Shown here in pieces: positions 27,800 through 38,196 of a stretch of DNA of 64,000 bases. A program made the position numbers and the translations under genes. Position 1 is the stretch's first letter. The number at the start of each line of letters is the position of its first letter. The stretch covers positions 64,001-128,000 of the IMG/VR virus record IMGVR_UViG_3300035499_000517; one strand, given 5' to 3'. Under the pieces are notes generated by a model. It had not been told where the DNA came from. It ran no database searches and saw nothing but the letters and a program-made list of their open reading frames with translations. The DNA is from a virus. Lineage: Duplodnaviria; Caudoviricetes.

Positions 27800-29497
27800 A
27801 TGAAAGACTATTTTAACATCTTAAAGCGTTATCGCTTAACAATTCCACTTATCTGGATTATCATCCTCTCATCCATTACTGAGGTTATTCCCCTCATTGA
27901 GACAAAGGTATTCCAGATGTCTGTAAACTCTATCGGAACTTCTACATTCCTCAAGTTTCTGATAGCCCTCATTTTCATTGAGGTCTTTAATCCGATTTAT
28001 AACCGTGCTTATATGGGTTATAAAGTTCGGGTTAAAGAGAATTTCGCAATGGAGTATGCAAATGCACTCTATGCGAAATCTCAACATCTTGCTGTAAAAG
28101 ATCTCCAGGATTTTTCTATTCCTAAGATTACAACAGAGATTCACACAGCAACGGAGATGGCGGATAATATTCTGCTTCTTCCATGTAACTTTATCAACTG
28201 CTCGGTTGCTTTCATTACAGCTTTCATTATTATGATGAATGAAGATCCCGAGTTAACCCTGATTCTTATGATACTGACAGCATTTGCAGGGTTTGGAATC
28301 AATCATATTCTCCCAGGATTTAAGAAGATGATTGAGGATATCCGAAACGCTAATGACCGAATCAATTCTTGTATCAATCATCTCGAAGGTTACCTCGTAA
28401 CGAAATCCTTTGCAAAGGAAGAGAAAGAGATTGAACAGATTGAAGAGGCTTCTCTTAGTTACCGAGATGCCTGCGTAAGGAAGATTATCCGTGTTATTGA
28501 TGGAAATGCAATCGTTGGAGTACTGTTCGGACTCATCGATGTTGTTATCGTTATCTACATCAACCAGACTTATGCTGGAGATTTAGCAGGAGCAATTAGT
28601 AAAGCACTCCTGTTTTATTCTCTATATTACTATCTCTTCTTACCATTCCGGAATATGCCAGATATCATCGATCGAATCTCAAAGATTATGGTACATCTCA
28701 AAACCGATGAGGAGATCCTTCGAATGGAAGATGAATACAATGGTGATGTTGAGATTACAGCATTCAATGATTCTATTGAGTTTAAGAATGTCTCATTCTC
28801 TTATGGAGATTCCGATTCCACACTTAAGAATATCAATATTCGAATTCCAAAAGGTTCTCATGTTGGTATTTATGGAAAGTCTGGATGTGGTAAATCAACC
28901 TTTGTAAATCTCATCAATCGGTTCTTCTTGGTTGATGAAGGTGAGGTCCTGATCGATGGAGTCAATATCAACGAGTTTACATCAAAGTCTTTAAGAAGAA
29001 TCGTTGGTAATGTCAATCAAGAGATTACTTTATTTTCTGATATGAGTATCCGAGATAACATCAAGTATGGAATCAACTGTACTGATGTTGAAATGGTAAA
29101 GGCTGCAAAGCTTGCTCATTGTCATGAGTTTATCAAGGAATTACCTGATGGATATGACTCAATGATTGGAAATAATGGTGTTAAGTTGTCAGGTGGTGAA
29201 AGGCAGAGAATTGCAATTGCAAGACTCTTCTTATTAAATCCTCCAATTCTGGTTCTTGATGAAGCGACTAGTAAATTGGATGGAGAATCAGAGCTTCTCA
29301 TCAAGGAATCAATTGACAAGCTTTCGAGAGATAAAACTGTAATTTCCATTGCACATCGATTTAATACGATCGAAAATTCTGATTTGTTTATTGGAATCAA
29401 AGATCACACGATTTATGAATGTGGAAGGAGGGAAGATATCTGTGTTCCCGGGAGTTTATGGAACCAGTTACAAGGTAAGAAAGGAGCACGAAGATGA
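27800..29497 (+). CDS. ABC exporter, fused permease/ATPase (MsbA/MdlB-like)
   Basis: N-terminal TM helices; Walker A GKSGCGKST, Q-loop VNQE, LSGGERQR, ILVLDEATS, IAHR; ATG 27800 after AAGGAG. Confidence 0.93.
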   Translation: MKDYFNILKRYRLTIPLIWIIILSSITEVIPLIETKVFQMSVNSIGTSTFLKFLIALIFIEVFNPIYNRAYMGYKVRVKENFAMEYANALYAKSQHLAVKDLQDFSIPKITTEIHTATEMADNILLLPCNFINCSVAFITAFIIMMNEDPELTLILMILTAFAGFGINHILPGFKKMIEDIRNANDRINSCINHLEGYLVTKSFAKEEKEIEQIEEASLSYRDACVRKIIRVIDGNAIVGVLFGLIDVVIVIYINQTYAGDLAGAISKALLFYSLYYYLFLPFRNMPDIIDRISKIMVHLKTDEEILRMEDEYNGDVEITAFNDSIEFKNVSFSYGDSDSTLKNINIRIPKGSHVGIYGKSGCGKSTFVNLINRFFLVDEGEVLIDGVNINEFTSKSLRRIVGNVNQEITLFSDMSIRDNIKYGINCTDVEMVKAAKLAHCHEFIKELPDGYDSMIGNNGVKLSGGERQRIAIARLFLLNPPILVLDEATSKLDGESELLIKESIDKLSRDKTVISIAHRFNTIENSDLFIGIKDHTIYECGRREDICVPGSLWNQLQGKKGARR

Positions 29498-29916
29498 GTT
29501 ATCCAATGATTAGAATGAACGAGGAGCTTTATAATAAGCTCCTCGAAAGAGGCGCACAACTTGATGAGGAGATAACAAGAAAGCTGGAAAAACGGAGATT
29601 CCTCAATCTCTTTCCGGAGATAGATGGTGGGAAGAAATATGAGCTTGATCCAGTTACCGATTATTATTTCATGCTACGCAATGTAGTATACAAGGAGTAT
29701 TCAATACCAGAGAAGTATTATCGGAAACACATGGAATACGATATCCCGATAAGCATCTGGAGGAGGGAAGATGAGTTTATTCTGGATTTCCCATTGGATT
29801 TCTTAGAAGGATACTTAGAACTTATGAGGAATATGACGATTCCAAACTTAGCAAGATATCATTTGATTCTTGCTCTAATAAGGGGTATTACTATACGAAG
29901 CTATGAGGAGAAATAA
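29494..29916 (+). CDS. Hypothetical protein
   Basis: ATGA overlap with ABC gene; SD AAGGAG. Confidence 0.75.
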   Translation: MSYPMIRMNEELYNKLLERGAQLDEEITRKLEKRRFLNLFPEIDGGKKYELDPVTDYYFMLRNVVYKEYSIPEKYYRKHMEYDIPISIWRREDEFILDFPLDFLEGYLELMRNMTIPNLARYHLILALIRGITIRSYEEK

Positions 29917-29931
29917 TAGGAGGAATAGGAA

Positions 29932-30426
29932 TTGACACAAGAGGAAAAGAGGGTAGCGGTGAAAACTGCTACCTCTTACATTGAGGAGATTTTCCATATC
30001 GAAAATTTTAGTCGATATGGCTCGGAGTACAGGAAGATTGTACGAAGGACATTGCTTGAGATGCGGGTTCAGGATACAGAAGAATTTAGTGCATCAAAGT
30101 ATGTCATGAAGGCTCTCATTGACAGATTTGAAATGGAGCCATGTCTTCACTATAACAGCTATAATATCAAGACCGATAAAAGACTTAAGAAAGACATTAT
30201 GAAGCGGAATGAGATGATCTTTTTAAAGTATTATGGAATTACAAAAGAAGGAGAAATCATTGCTAAGCCAATGTCACAGAAAGAGTTAGCAATTGAATAT
30301 GATGTAAGCCCAAATACGATTCGGATGTTACTTCTTGCAATGTCAGATCGGATGCATTACAATTGGTTTTATAGAAGAGTGGAGGAAGTATGTAATAAAC
30401 TTAAGAATGAAGAAATACTAGAATAA
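29932..30426 (+). CDS. Sigma-70 region-4-like HTH protein
   Basis: EMIFLKYYGI...PMSQKELAIEYDVSPNTIRMLL; SD AGGAGG. Confidence 0.55.
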   Translation: MTQEEKRVAVKTATSYIEEIFHIENFSRYGSEYRKIVRRTLLEMRVQDTEEFSASKYVMKALIDRFEMEPCLHYNSYNIKTDKRLKKDIMKRNEMIFLKYYGITKEGEIIAKPMSQKELAIEYDVSPNTIRMLLLAMSDRMHYNWFYRRVEEVCNKLKNEEILE

Positions 30427-30438
30427 GGAGACTGTGAA

Positions 30439-30939
30439 ATGGGAACAAAAAGTGATTATCCAGGATTTCAAAATACAATCCAGGATGTTGTATGGTGGGC
30501 AGTAAATAAAGCATTAGAAACATTACCAACTGATAGTGAAAAGAATAGCTTGTTTAATTTATTTTATCCACTATCGGGAAGTGTCCGGGGATTTGATGAG
30601 TTGGATCTGGATAGTAGGTTTAAACACTGGTTATTGTACGGTGGTTATTCTTTTGAAACAGCTGCTTCTCTTTCAGGAATTTCGAAAGAAGAAGCTTTAA
30701 AGCAGATGTATAAAATCTTGGTTTTCTATGATGCTCAGATTACATTTGCAACGAAATGCTTTGTGATTTCAGAGAATTCAAGAGCACACGAAGACAATAC
30801 AGAAGCATTATTAGCTCTTGGAGGATTACAAACTTTAGCAAACATGTGTGAAAAATACAATGAAGCACGTAAAGAAAAGGAGGGAACGAATCATGATAAG
30901 AATGAGCTTGGAACTGCAGATGGATCGTCCGATAAATAA
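30439..30939 (+). CDS. Hypothetical protein with possible HTH
   Basis: GYSFETAASLSGISKEEALKQMYKI; SD AAGGAG. Confidence 0.6.
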   Translation: MGTKSDYPGFQNTIQDVVWWAVNKALETLPTDSEKNSLFNLFYPLSGSVRGFDELDLDSRFKHWLLYGGYSFETAASLSGISKEEALKQMYKILVFYDAQITFATKCFVISENSRAHEDNTEALLALGGLQTLANMCEKYNEARKEKEGTNHDKNELGTADGSSDK

Positions 30940-31360
30940 GGAGATGCATTATATTTCACCTGGTGGGTTTGAGGTGATTGCAAATGGTGTTAGTTACCAG
31001 TTTGATTTCAACACATCAGTCGGTGTGATTGATGATAAGAGAAATGATGTTATTAAGTTTAATCTGATTGATCCGGATTATGAATCATTTCCGGATATGA
31101 TTGACTTTGAGAGTCATGTAAATGAAATCACAAATCTGGTGGAGTGTTTTGTTTATACTGGGGAACACGGAGAAGCGGAGATCAATCCAATCAGGATTTT
31201 GGATATTACACTCACTACGTATGGATCTGGAAAGCGGACCAATTTCCCAGAAGCAAAAGACAACGAGTATCTGGAACATGCGATTTATGCGTCTGATAAT
31301 GACTGGACAATTGATTTCACGTTCAAGAGAAGACTTCGTGAAGAATACAAATGGGACTAG
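30893..31360 (+). CDS. Hypothetical protein
   Basis: ATG 30893 after AAGGAGG. Confidence 0.65.
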   Translation: MIRMSLELQMDRPINKEMHYISPGGFEVIANGVSYQFDFNTSVGVIDDKRNDVIKFNLIDPDYESFPDMIDFESHVNEITNLVECFVYTGEHGEAEINPIRILDITLTTYGSGKRTNFPEAKDNEYLEHAIYASDNDWTIDFTFKRRLREEYKWD

Positions 31361-32175
31361 GAGGAAAGACCGTGGATATACTAATGCAAATCATTGATAC
31401 ATTCTGGAAACTACTATCTTACGGCGTAATTATCCTATTTTGGATAGCGGTTGTTTGTGCTGTGCTTTTAGGGATATATGTGCTTTACAGGTTCGTTGCG
31501 ATAAATATCGAAGAGCACTGTGGAGGCGCTTGGACAAGGCATTGTAAAGATGTAGAGACTTACTTAGAAACAGCGAAGAAGTACAAAGAAATTCGGAAAG
31601 GATTAAAGAGGCTTTCAAAGATTTATAACAAGAAAGGGACACTAAAAGATGAGCAATACGAAGAGCTGGAATCTTACTTTTCAGATTTGATGCATACAGA
31701 TTTTGCAGTATTAAATCTGATTGCAGAATACCCAACAGAATATTTCACTGATCCAAAAACAGATGATGATTATGAGATGAAATTAAAATGCTTGATGAAT
31801 CTGGCAAGTTCTCTTCCAAAGATTACCTGTAAAGTAGATAATTATTATGCAATTGGTGATTATTCTAGGGAAGTAAATATTCCATCATCATGCGCTGATA
31901 TCTTTAAACCAGAAACGTATGGAGCAGATAATTGGGTGAAACATCCTGATTCTTGTTACACGACATTTGAAGATATCGAAAAGAGATGTGAGTTGAGAAA
32001 GACTATTGTATTATGGGTTTTTCGAATCTTCTACGTACTTCTTGTAGCATCGATTTCCATTGTCGTTATTCAAAAAATATATGATTATTCCTATTATAGA
32101 ATGATGCTGAAATTGCTGGAAGAGAGTACAGGGCCAGCATCAGAACTTCTATGTTTAGGATTTTTATGGAGGTAA
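31351..32175 (+). CDS. Membrane protein (N- and C-terminal TM segments)
   Basis: 274 aa; two hydrophobic regions flanking a soluble domain. Confidence 0.7.
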   Translation: MGLGGKTVDILMQIIDTFWKLLSYGVIILFWIAVVCAVLLGIYVLYRFVAINIEEHCGGAWTRHCKDVETYLETAKKYKEIRKGLKRLSKIYNKKGTLKDEQYEELESYFSDLMHTDFAVLNLIAEYPTEYFTDPKTDDDYEMKLKCLMNLASSLPKITCKVDNYYAIGDYSREVNIPSSCADIFKPETYGADNWVKHPDSCYTTFEDIEKRCELRKTIVLWVFRIFYVLLVASISIVVIQKIYDYSYYRMMLKLLEESTGPASELLCLGFLWR

Positions 32176-32179
32176 CTTT

Positions 32180-34036
32180 ATGACACACATGGAGAAGAAG
32201 AAAGCGATTCAAAATGCAATTACGATTTTTGATAAGATTGTGATTGGAGATTATAATGGAACGCGTACTGGGCTTAGAAAAATATTGCTTGAAATGAAAG
32301 CAAATGATACGGAGGAGTTCGCTGCGTCACAATATGTGATGCGGCGGCTCCTTTTTTACTTCGATTTATATCCAAGGTCAACATATGTTGGAAATACTTA
32401 TCTTAAGTATGCACCACCTACTCGGGTTGCTATAAATCTTTGGAAGACTCATCTAGCAGCTCTTGATTATTTGGGTGTAACCGAGGATGGTCGAATACTT
32501 GAAAATAAAGAGATAAAGAGTTTCAAAGAGATGGGAAAATCCATGGTTAGTGGAAATGTAACCGCTAATAGGACTTCACAATTCCTTCATAAAGTAGAAA
32601 GAGTAAAATGGGTACATCTTATGACTGAACTCGTGGATTGTTTACAGGCAATCGGTGATGGAACGTATTATGAAAAAGTCAGAGAAATGATCTATGAAAG
32701 GAATGCAATCTTAGACATCTGGATGCATAAAGAACTTCGTGGTTATACATCTTATGTATTCCGTGATTCCAATAATAAGAGGATTACAGAATTCTATGCT
32801 TTTTGTATTTATGTCAGAAAAATGTTGAGAAAAACTCGTGTACTTGATGAAAACGGTGTGAATATAACACCGAATTCTGATATACTTTATCTCGATATTG
32901 ACGTGAAGATGCCTGAGAGTACAGTGTCTGATTCTGGAACCTATTATGGAACTACTAAAAATATGAATTTCTACTACAAAAGAAATGACCGAATGGATGA
33001 TACCAAAAGAGATGAAGATGATGAGAGAGAAAGGAAGAAGTTACAAGCTAAGAAAGTAAAGGAAGATCAAGAAGATAAAGGTTTCACACAGGAGAAGCTC
33101 GATGAGTGGGCGGATGAGTATAACAAAGAGCATCACCTCGGTGAGTATCAAGAGCCGATTAATAATGGTTGCTATGTGATTTATGCCTCCATGATATCAG
33201 GACAACTTCTCCGTAATTTAAAGAAATTTGCATTCATCACCACGAATACTTATAAAGAGAATTTCATGATTGTTGGAAATTGTGCATGTGATCATTTTAA
33301 TTTAAGAGCCCGCAAGTTATCAGAACCTTGGAAATGCTACGAGCATACATTTGGTGAATATGATGTAATCAATTATATTCTAAGTGTGAGACCACGTCAT
33401 ATTTACATCGAAGTAAGAGAAGGGGTGAAGCTAAATCTCACGAAAGATATGCTTAAAGGAATCTCACCAGTAGAATCTGAAAAGTCGAAATTCCTTCCTG
33501 TTACAGTGGATTTAAGTGGTGGAAATTTCTTCCAGGGGTTTAATGATGGGTTGTTTGAGTTATTCCTTGATGACGTGCATAATTGGAATGTGAGAGAACC
33601 TATTACAAAGGAAGAAGAATCAAAAGAGAGTAGAAAGGAGATTATAGATAATATGAGAACGACAGAGTATGCTCCGTATGTGGAGCCATGGAAAAAGATG
33701 ACACTGGATGAGTTGATGGAATGTGAGATATTTTATCGACTGCACAACGAAGCCGGATTAAACTTTGCAGCAAAGAGTGGTGTGACTGCAGCATATGCAA
33801 AGGTCTTAATTGATGGAGTATCGGACAGGAATGCAAACAAAGAAGAGTTTGTAAAACTCATCAATGTAATGACAAGAAAATCTGATCTTACATTTACTGA
33901 AGCAGCGGCAGGTCTTTACATCAGTGACAGTATGCTCAGTCTCTATGTAGATTACTGCATTGATAGTACAAGGGAGAGAATCGACAACATGATAACGATG
34001 TTAAGACTTGTAGATTTGAACCCTAGTGAGGAGTGA
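32180..34036 (+). CDS. Multidomain hypothetical protein; N-terminus paralogous to 29932..30426
   Basis: LLEMKANDTEEFAASQYVM vs LLEMRVQDTEEFSASKYVM; SD GGAGG. Confidence 0.75.
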   Translation: MTHMEKKKAIQNAITIFDKIVIGDYNGTRTGLRKILLEMKANDTEEFAASQYVMRRLLFYFDLYPRSTYVGNTYLKYAPPTRVAINLWKTHLAALDYLGVTEDGRILENKEIKSFKEMGKSMVSGNVTANRTSQFLHKVERVKWVHLMTELVDCLQAIGDGTYYEKVREMIYERNAILDIWMHKELRGYTSYVFRDSNNKRITEFYAFCIYVRKMLRKTRVLDENGVNITPNSDILYLDIDVKMPESTVSDSGTYYGTTKNMNFYYKRNDRMDDTKRDEDDERERKKLQAKKVKEDQEDKGFTQEKLDEWADEYNKEHHLGEYQEPINNGCYVIYASMISGQLLRNLKKFAFITTNTYKENFMIVGNCACDHFNLRARKLSEPWKCYEHTFGEYDVINYILSVRPRHIYIEVREGVKLNLTKDMLKGISPVESEKSKFLPVTVDLSGGNFFQGFNDGLFELFLDDVHNWNVREPITKEEESKESRKEIIDNMRTTEYAPYVEPWKKMTLDELMECEIFYRLHNEAGLNFAAKSGVTAAYAKVLIDGVSDRNANKEEFVKLINVMTRKSDLTFTEAAAGLYISDSMLSLYVDYCIDSTRERIDNMITMLRLVDLNPSEE

Positions 34037-34042
34037 TGATTT

Positions 34043-34363
34043 ATGTGGGATGCGTGGAATACTGGATTGGATATACTTCAGGAGCTGTATTCTCATGGTG
34101 GAAAAGTCTTTATAATCATAGGTCTTCTGGTAATTTTATGGGGATACGTAACTTATCGTATCCTCATATATGGATTTGAGATGCGATTCCTTAGACCAAG
34201 TAGGAGGTTGGTTGTTTACTGGAGGAATAACTCAAGAGGAATTGGAAAGATGATCTTCCGATTCTTCTACTATATTATTCGTGGGATTCCAGTGATCATT
34301 TATACGACTTACACATTTGCACTCATGATATTAATTGTTGGAGCACTCCATACAACTTTCTAA
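34043..34363 (+). CDS. Small membrane protein
   Basis: Two hydrophobic segments; SD GAGGAG. Confidence 0.7.
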   Translation: MWDAWNTGLDILQELYSHGGKVFIIIGLLVILWGYVTYRILIYGFEMRFLRPSRRLVVYWRNNSRGIGKMIFRFFYYIIRGIPVIIYTTYTFALMILIVGALHTTF

Positions 34364-34386
34364 GAAAGAAAGGAGTGTTTTAAGAA

Positions 34387-34613
34387 TGGAGATTGCATGT
34401 GAAAGTGAAGAAGAAGCAAGCATCATCTTAAGATTATCAGATGAACTCGAAAAGACTTATAAAGAATACGATTTAGAAAAAGCCATGATGATCAATAAAA
34501 ACAAAATCATGAAGTGGTGTGTGTTTGGAATGGTAAACAGAATCCAAGCAAACAAACTCGTGATTGTAAACATGGCTTACATGTTACAAGCAAAAGAGAA
34601 CCCGCCGACTTAG
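34387..34613 (+). CDS. Small hypothetical protein (start approximate)
   Basis: MEIACESEEE after AAGGAG; followed by terminator ~34591-34630. Confidence 0.55.
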
Positions 34614-34777
34614 GTAGGTTCTCTTTTTTTATCCCTTTATCTCATCTTTGTATAGAAATCTATTCAAGTATAGACCTCTAATGTGTCATAAAATAAAATT
34701 TCATACACTTCAATCCCAAGCCTGTTACTGGGCTTAGAGCTTGTACTTGAAAGTGTCGTAAAGAGTACAACCAACTT

Positions 34778-35014
34778 GTGCAAGAGACGAACCACATTTC
34801 GTTTGAAGATGATGGAAGTATAGTAACAACTTCAGATAGTACAACGAAAACAACGACGTTTCTTGATAATGGAGATATAGAAACGGTCCTTAAAATCAAT
34901 CTTCCTGATGGAAGCATCGAGACGATTACACAAAGGACTGTATTTAATGACGACGGAAGTATTGATAATGTCGTAACCGATGTTATTTCAGAAAGTGGAG
35001 AGGACGGTGAATAA
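34778..35014 (+). CDS. Small tail-associated-like protein, possibly 5'-truncated
   Basis: Repeated TxFxxxGxI / DGSI beta-hairpin motifs; no clear SD. Confidence 0.5.
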   Translation: MQETNHISFEDDGSIVTTSDSTTKTTTFLDNGDIETVLKINLPDGSIETITQRTVFNDDGSIDNVVTDVISESGEDGE

Positions 35015-35016
35015 GA

Positions 35017-37980
35017 ATGGGATTTGAAGAATTGAAGTTCTTGAATACCAAATGGAAGGAGGAACCGCTCAATTATTTAACATATATTAATTCGATTGAA
35101 AACTCCGGAACGAAGAGTTATATTATGCAGGAGGGAAACGAAGATGCTTGGAGAGAGTTGATTTCAAAGTCAACGATGTTCTGGGCAAATGAAGGAATAC
35201 GAGATGCTGTTTATGAAAGGCTTACAGAAGATGACGCGCTGTATGTTATGAAGAATCACAAACATCTCGGAAAAGCATTGAATGGATTCGCTGGAAAGAC
35301 GGTATTCTCAACTGGGAATTTCGATAATATCTGTGAATATATGAATATGGATGCAATTCATACAATGCCAGATAAGATTCTGAAGGGATTTGGGAATTAT
35401 GTCGGAGAGAAAATGACTGGAGACGATTCTCTTACATGGATAAGAGATCGTTTCAATGTTGATTTAACGGACTTTAAGGATTTGAACGAAGCGATAGAAA
35501 GCGATGACGCTTGGAAACTCATGGTTATGTCGAGTCCGATGATGAGTTCAGTTTGCTGTTCTGACTGGTTCGTAAATACCGTAATAGAGAAAGCTGGAAT
35601 GACAATATACCGTGATTCCAGTGGAAATTATTATGATGAAGAAGGCAATCATTATTTAGCATCAACTGGAGAGAAAGATGGAAATACAATAAGCACGGAA
35701 ATGCTCGAATCTATGCTTTCCGCCGGTCTTCTTGTAAAAGGGGTTTTGCAGAGAAATGAGAAAATTCAAGAAAAATTCGATGACGCAATGGAATATCTGT
35801 GTCAAAAGAATGCTTTGACTATCATCGAAGAAAATGATAATCTGATAACTGTTGCACTGGAAAGTGATACTTGTTGTGAGTATTTGAGAGATAATCCAGA
35901 TGATCTCCAGTATTTATTGGAGACAAATAAGTTCACTGAGCAGTTATTTAAATCTGAACACGCTCTTACAACGCTTTCCGGAAATCAGGATGCATTAAAG
36001 GTCATTGTAAACTTTATCGGTGATATTCAGGAGTCTTATGATACCTTAAGTGAACTTACAACAGAATTAGAGAAGATTCATAGTTATGGAGATAAAATTT
36101 ATAATTATGAACCACTGAAGTACAGTGTACAAAATACATTGACCACATTAAAGAATCAAGCAGAAGCATTGGATTCTGTTCAGGAATATAGCACGTTTGT
36201 GCAGACGATGTTTAATGGGTTATGGGAGAATGATGACTTTTTCGAAGTCTTATTTAATAATGAAAAACTTGTAATAGCAATGGTGGATGATGAAAGATGT
36301 ATGGTACAAATACTGACAAGAGAAACCGTTGGTGAAACATTAGCGAGTAACAGAAGGATGTACCCAATTGCATTAACAAGTGAAGCATTTGTAAATGGAA
36401 TGCTTACAAACGATAAGTATTTCGAGAAGGTGTTTATTTCGGATCGGTACCGGATGGGAGATATTTATGATAGTGAAACGGCATTAAGTGTTATAGGGGA
36501 AAGTGAAGAATACACAAGAAGATTTTTAAATGCTGCAATGGGATATAATGACAATGAGTATTCAGATTTAAAAACGAATATCTCAAATTCAGAATGGGCA
36601 GCAAGTATTGCAGCAGATGAATTCTTGGTGAAGTTCTCTAGTGATTCGAATGCTTATCTGGAATATTTAGTAGATAGTGTCGTGGGAATGAATGCACTTT
36701 TATCGAATACCTATCGAAGTTATTTTGATACCGAACGGGCATATGCAAAAATTCGTGAGCACGGTGGTGTTGCAATGTGTAAATGGGCATTGCAAAAAAC
36801 GAATGACATATGGAATTATAGTTATGATATTACGAAGTATTTATCTTTTGATTATTTAAAATATGGATATGATGTGAGTACTTCAAAATACACTGCAACT
36901 GATGGTTGCTCATATTCGGCATTGCTTAGAAATTGTATTCTTGCAAATCCTGATGTAATGTGTGATATGTTTATAAAAGATGATTCTACATATCTTATCA
37001 AGCAATTATTTAATGGTGGTAATAATTATAGTCCTTCAACAGTACCCTTCGTAAGTCAAGTAAATGATTCATTGATTCTTTATCCATTTGAAACTATAAA
37101 GGATAGATGTATGGAGAACTCGTATTTTCTTGGAAATTTTTTAAAATTTTTTACAAAATTTTATACCACCAGAGTATACGGAAGTAACACCAGCTCAACT
37201 ATTACAATAGATCTTCGATCTGCTACAGATTATCAGCCAACAAATACAGATATAAAAGATTATAATTCAGATGATTTCAAGCATTTTAATAATTTGATGA
37301 GTGCATATAAAGATAGCTATGTAAAATCTTCTACTCAATTAAAAGATTGGATATACAATTCCTCTATTTTCATTATCCCATATATGATTTATCTTTTTAG
37401 AGGTACTAATTTTCATGTTCATGATGGAGATATTGAAGGATTTTTTAATGATTCTGTATGTATTAACGGCTGTATCAATGTTGAAAATATTTGTCAAATG
37501 CTCTGTGCATCTACAAAATTGATGACATATGCAGCAAATAATAAAGATGCACTCATGGTTTTATATAATCAAGCATCTGCTATTGAAACTGCTTTCGCTT
37601 CAACTGCAAATAAAGATTATATGAATTGCCAGACTTTATCATACAATGCATTTTTAAATTCACCATATCTTGTAGTACATACTTTTTATGATAAATCGTC
37701 TAATCAAAAATATCTTTTAAGTACAGCTGGTGAAGTTACAGTTTATGATGGTCCGGCACTTATACTTTCTATCACATTTGGAACTGATTCTAGTACGCTG
37801 GTTGGACAATTTACAACATTAACAACAACTACAAAGACAAAAACTTACAGTGCAACAACAGAGAAGATACTTTTATTTGTTGATAAGTTGACATTACAGA
37901 ATAAAGGGTCTGGAACAGTTGAATCAATCACATATATCCCACTTGGTGATCAACCAGAAAGTACAGTTCTGAATACTTGA
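35017..37980 (+). CDS. Large hypothetical protein, possibly tail-fibre/receptor-binding related
   Basis: 987 aa; degenerate short helical repeats; AT-richer, Thr-rich C-terminal region; SD GGAGAGG. Confidence 0.65.
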   Translation: MGFEELKFLNTKWKEEPLNYLTYINSIENSGTKSYIMQEGNEDAWRELISKSTMFWANEGIRDAVYERLTEDDALYVMKNHKHLGKALNGFAGKTVFSTGNFDNICEYMNMDAIHTMPDKILKGFGNYVGEKMTGDDSLTWIRDRFNVDLTDFKDLNEAIESDDAWKLMVMSSPMMSSVCCSDWFVNTVIEKAGMTIYRDSSGNYYDEEGNHYLASTGEKDGNTISTEMLESMLSAGLLVKGVLQRNEKIQEKFDDAMEYLCQKNALTIIEENDNLITVALESDTCCEYLRDNPDDLQYLLETNKFTEQLFKSEHALTTLSGNQDALKVIVNFIGDIQESYDTLSELTTELEKIHSYGDKIYNYEPLKYSVQNTLTTLKNQAEALDSVQEYSTFVQTMFNGLWENDDFFEVLFNNEKLVIAMVDDERCMVQILTRETVGETLASNRRMYPIALTSEAFVNGMLTNDKYFEKVFISDRYRMGDIYDSETALSVIGESEEYTRRFLNAAMGYNDNEYSDLKTNISNSEWAASIAADEFLVKFSSDSNAYLEYLVDSVVGMNALLSNTYRSYFDTERAYAKIREHGGVAMCKWALQKTNDIWNYSYDITKYLSFDYLKYGYDVSTSKYTATDGCSYSALLRNCILANPDVMCDMFIKDDSTYLIKQLFNGGNNYSPSTVPFVSQVNDSLILYPFETIKDRCMENSYFLGNFLKFFTKFYTTRVYGSNTSSTITIDLRSATDYQPTNTDIKDYNSDDFKHFNNLMSAYKDSYVKSSTQLKDWIYNSSIFIIPYMIYLFRGTNFHVHDGDIEGFFNDSVCINGCINVENICQMLCASTKLMTYAANNKDALMVLYNQASAIETAFASTANKDYMNCQTLSYNAFLNSPYLVVHTFYDKSSNQKYLLSTAGEVTVYDGPALILSITFGTDSSTLVGQFTTLTTTTKTKTYSATTEKILLFVDKLTLQNKGSGTVESITYIPLGDQPESTVLNT

Positions 37981-38090
37981 TTGATTTCAGACACGATTAA
38001 ATATTTATCATATAACCTTCCTAATTTAAAGAAGACAAGAGCATTATTTCGTTCTTGTCTTCTTTTTTCTCATTTTTTTAAATCCCAGGA

Positions 38091-38109
38091 TTTCATTTAT
38101 ATATCATTT
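38091..38109 (+). promoter_or_regulatory. Putative early promoter motif
   Basis: TTTCATTTATATATCATTT, just after terminator ~38028-38068. Confidence 0.65.
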
Positions 38110-38196
38110 ATTTAGTGAATGAAAAGGATTCATTCATTAAAATCCAGCTCAGTAGGAATAGCTGAAGTACAAAACCTACCAATGAGAAAGGCTCTT

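Noticed and set aside
35017-37980. Diversity-generating retroelement target
   Set aside because: No reverse transcriptase in the window and no near-identical template/variable repeat pair seen.
38142-38166. tRNA-like AGCTCAGTAGG segment
   Set aside because: Forms only a short CAGCT/AGCTG hairpin; no T-arm GTTC or acceptor stem. No tRNA was found by eye anywhere in the window.
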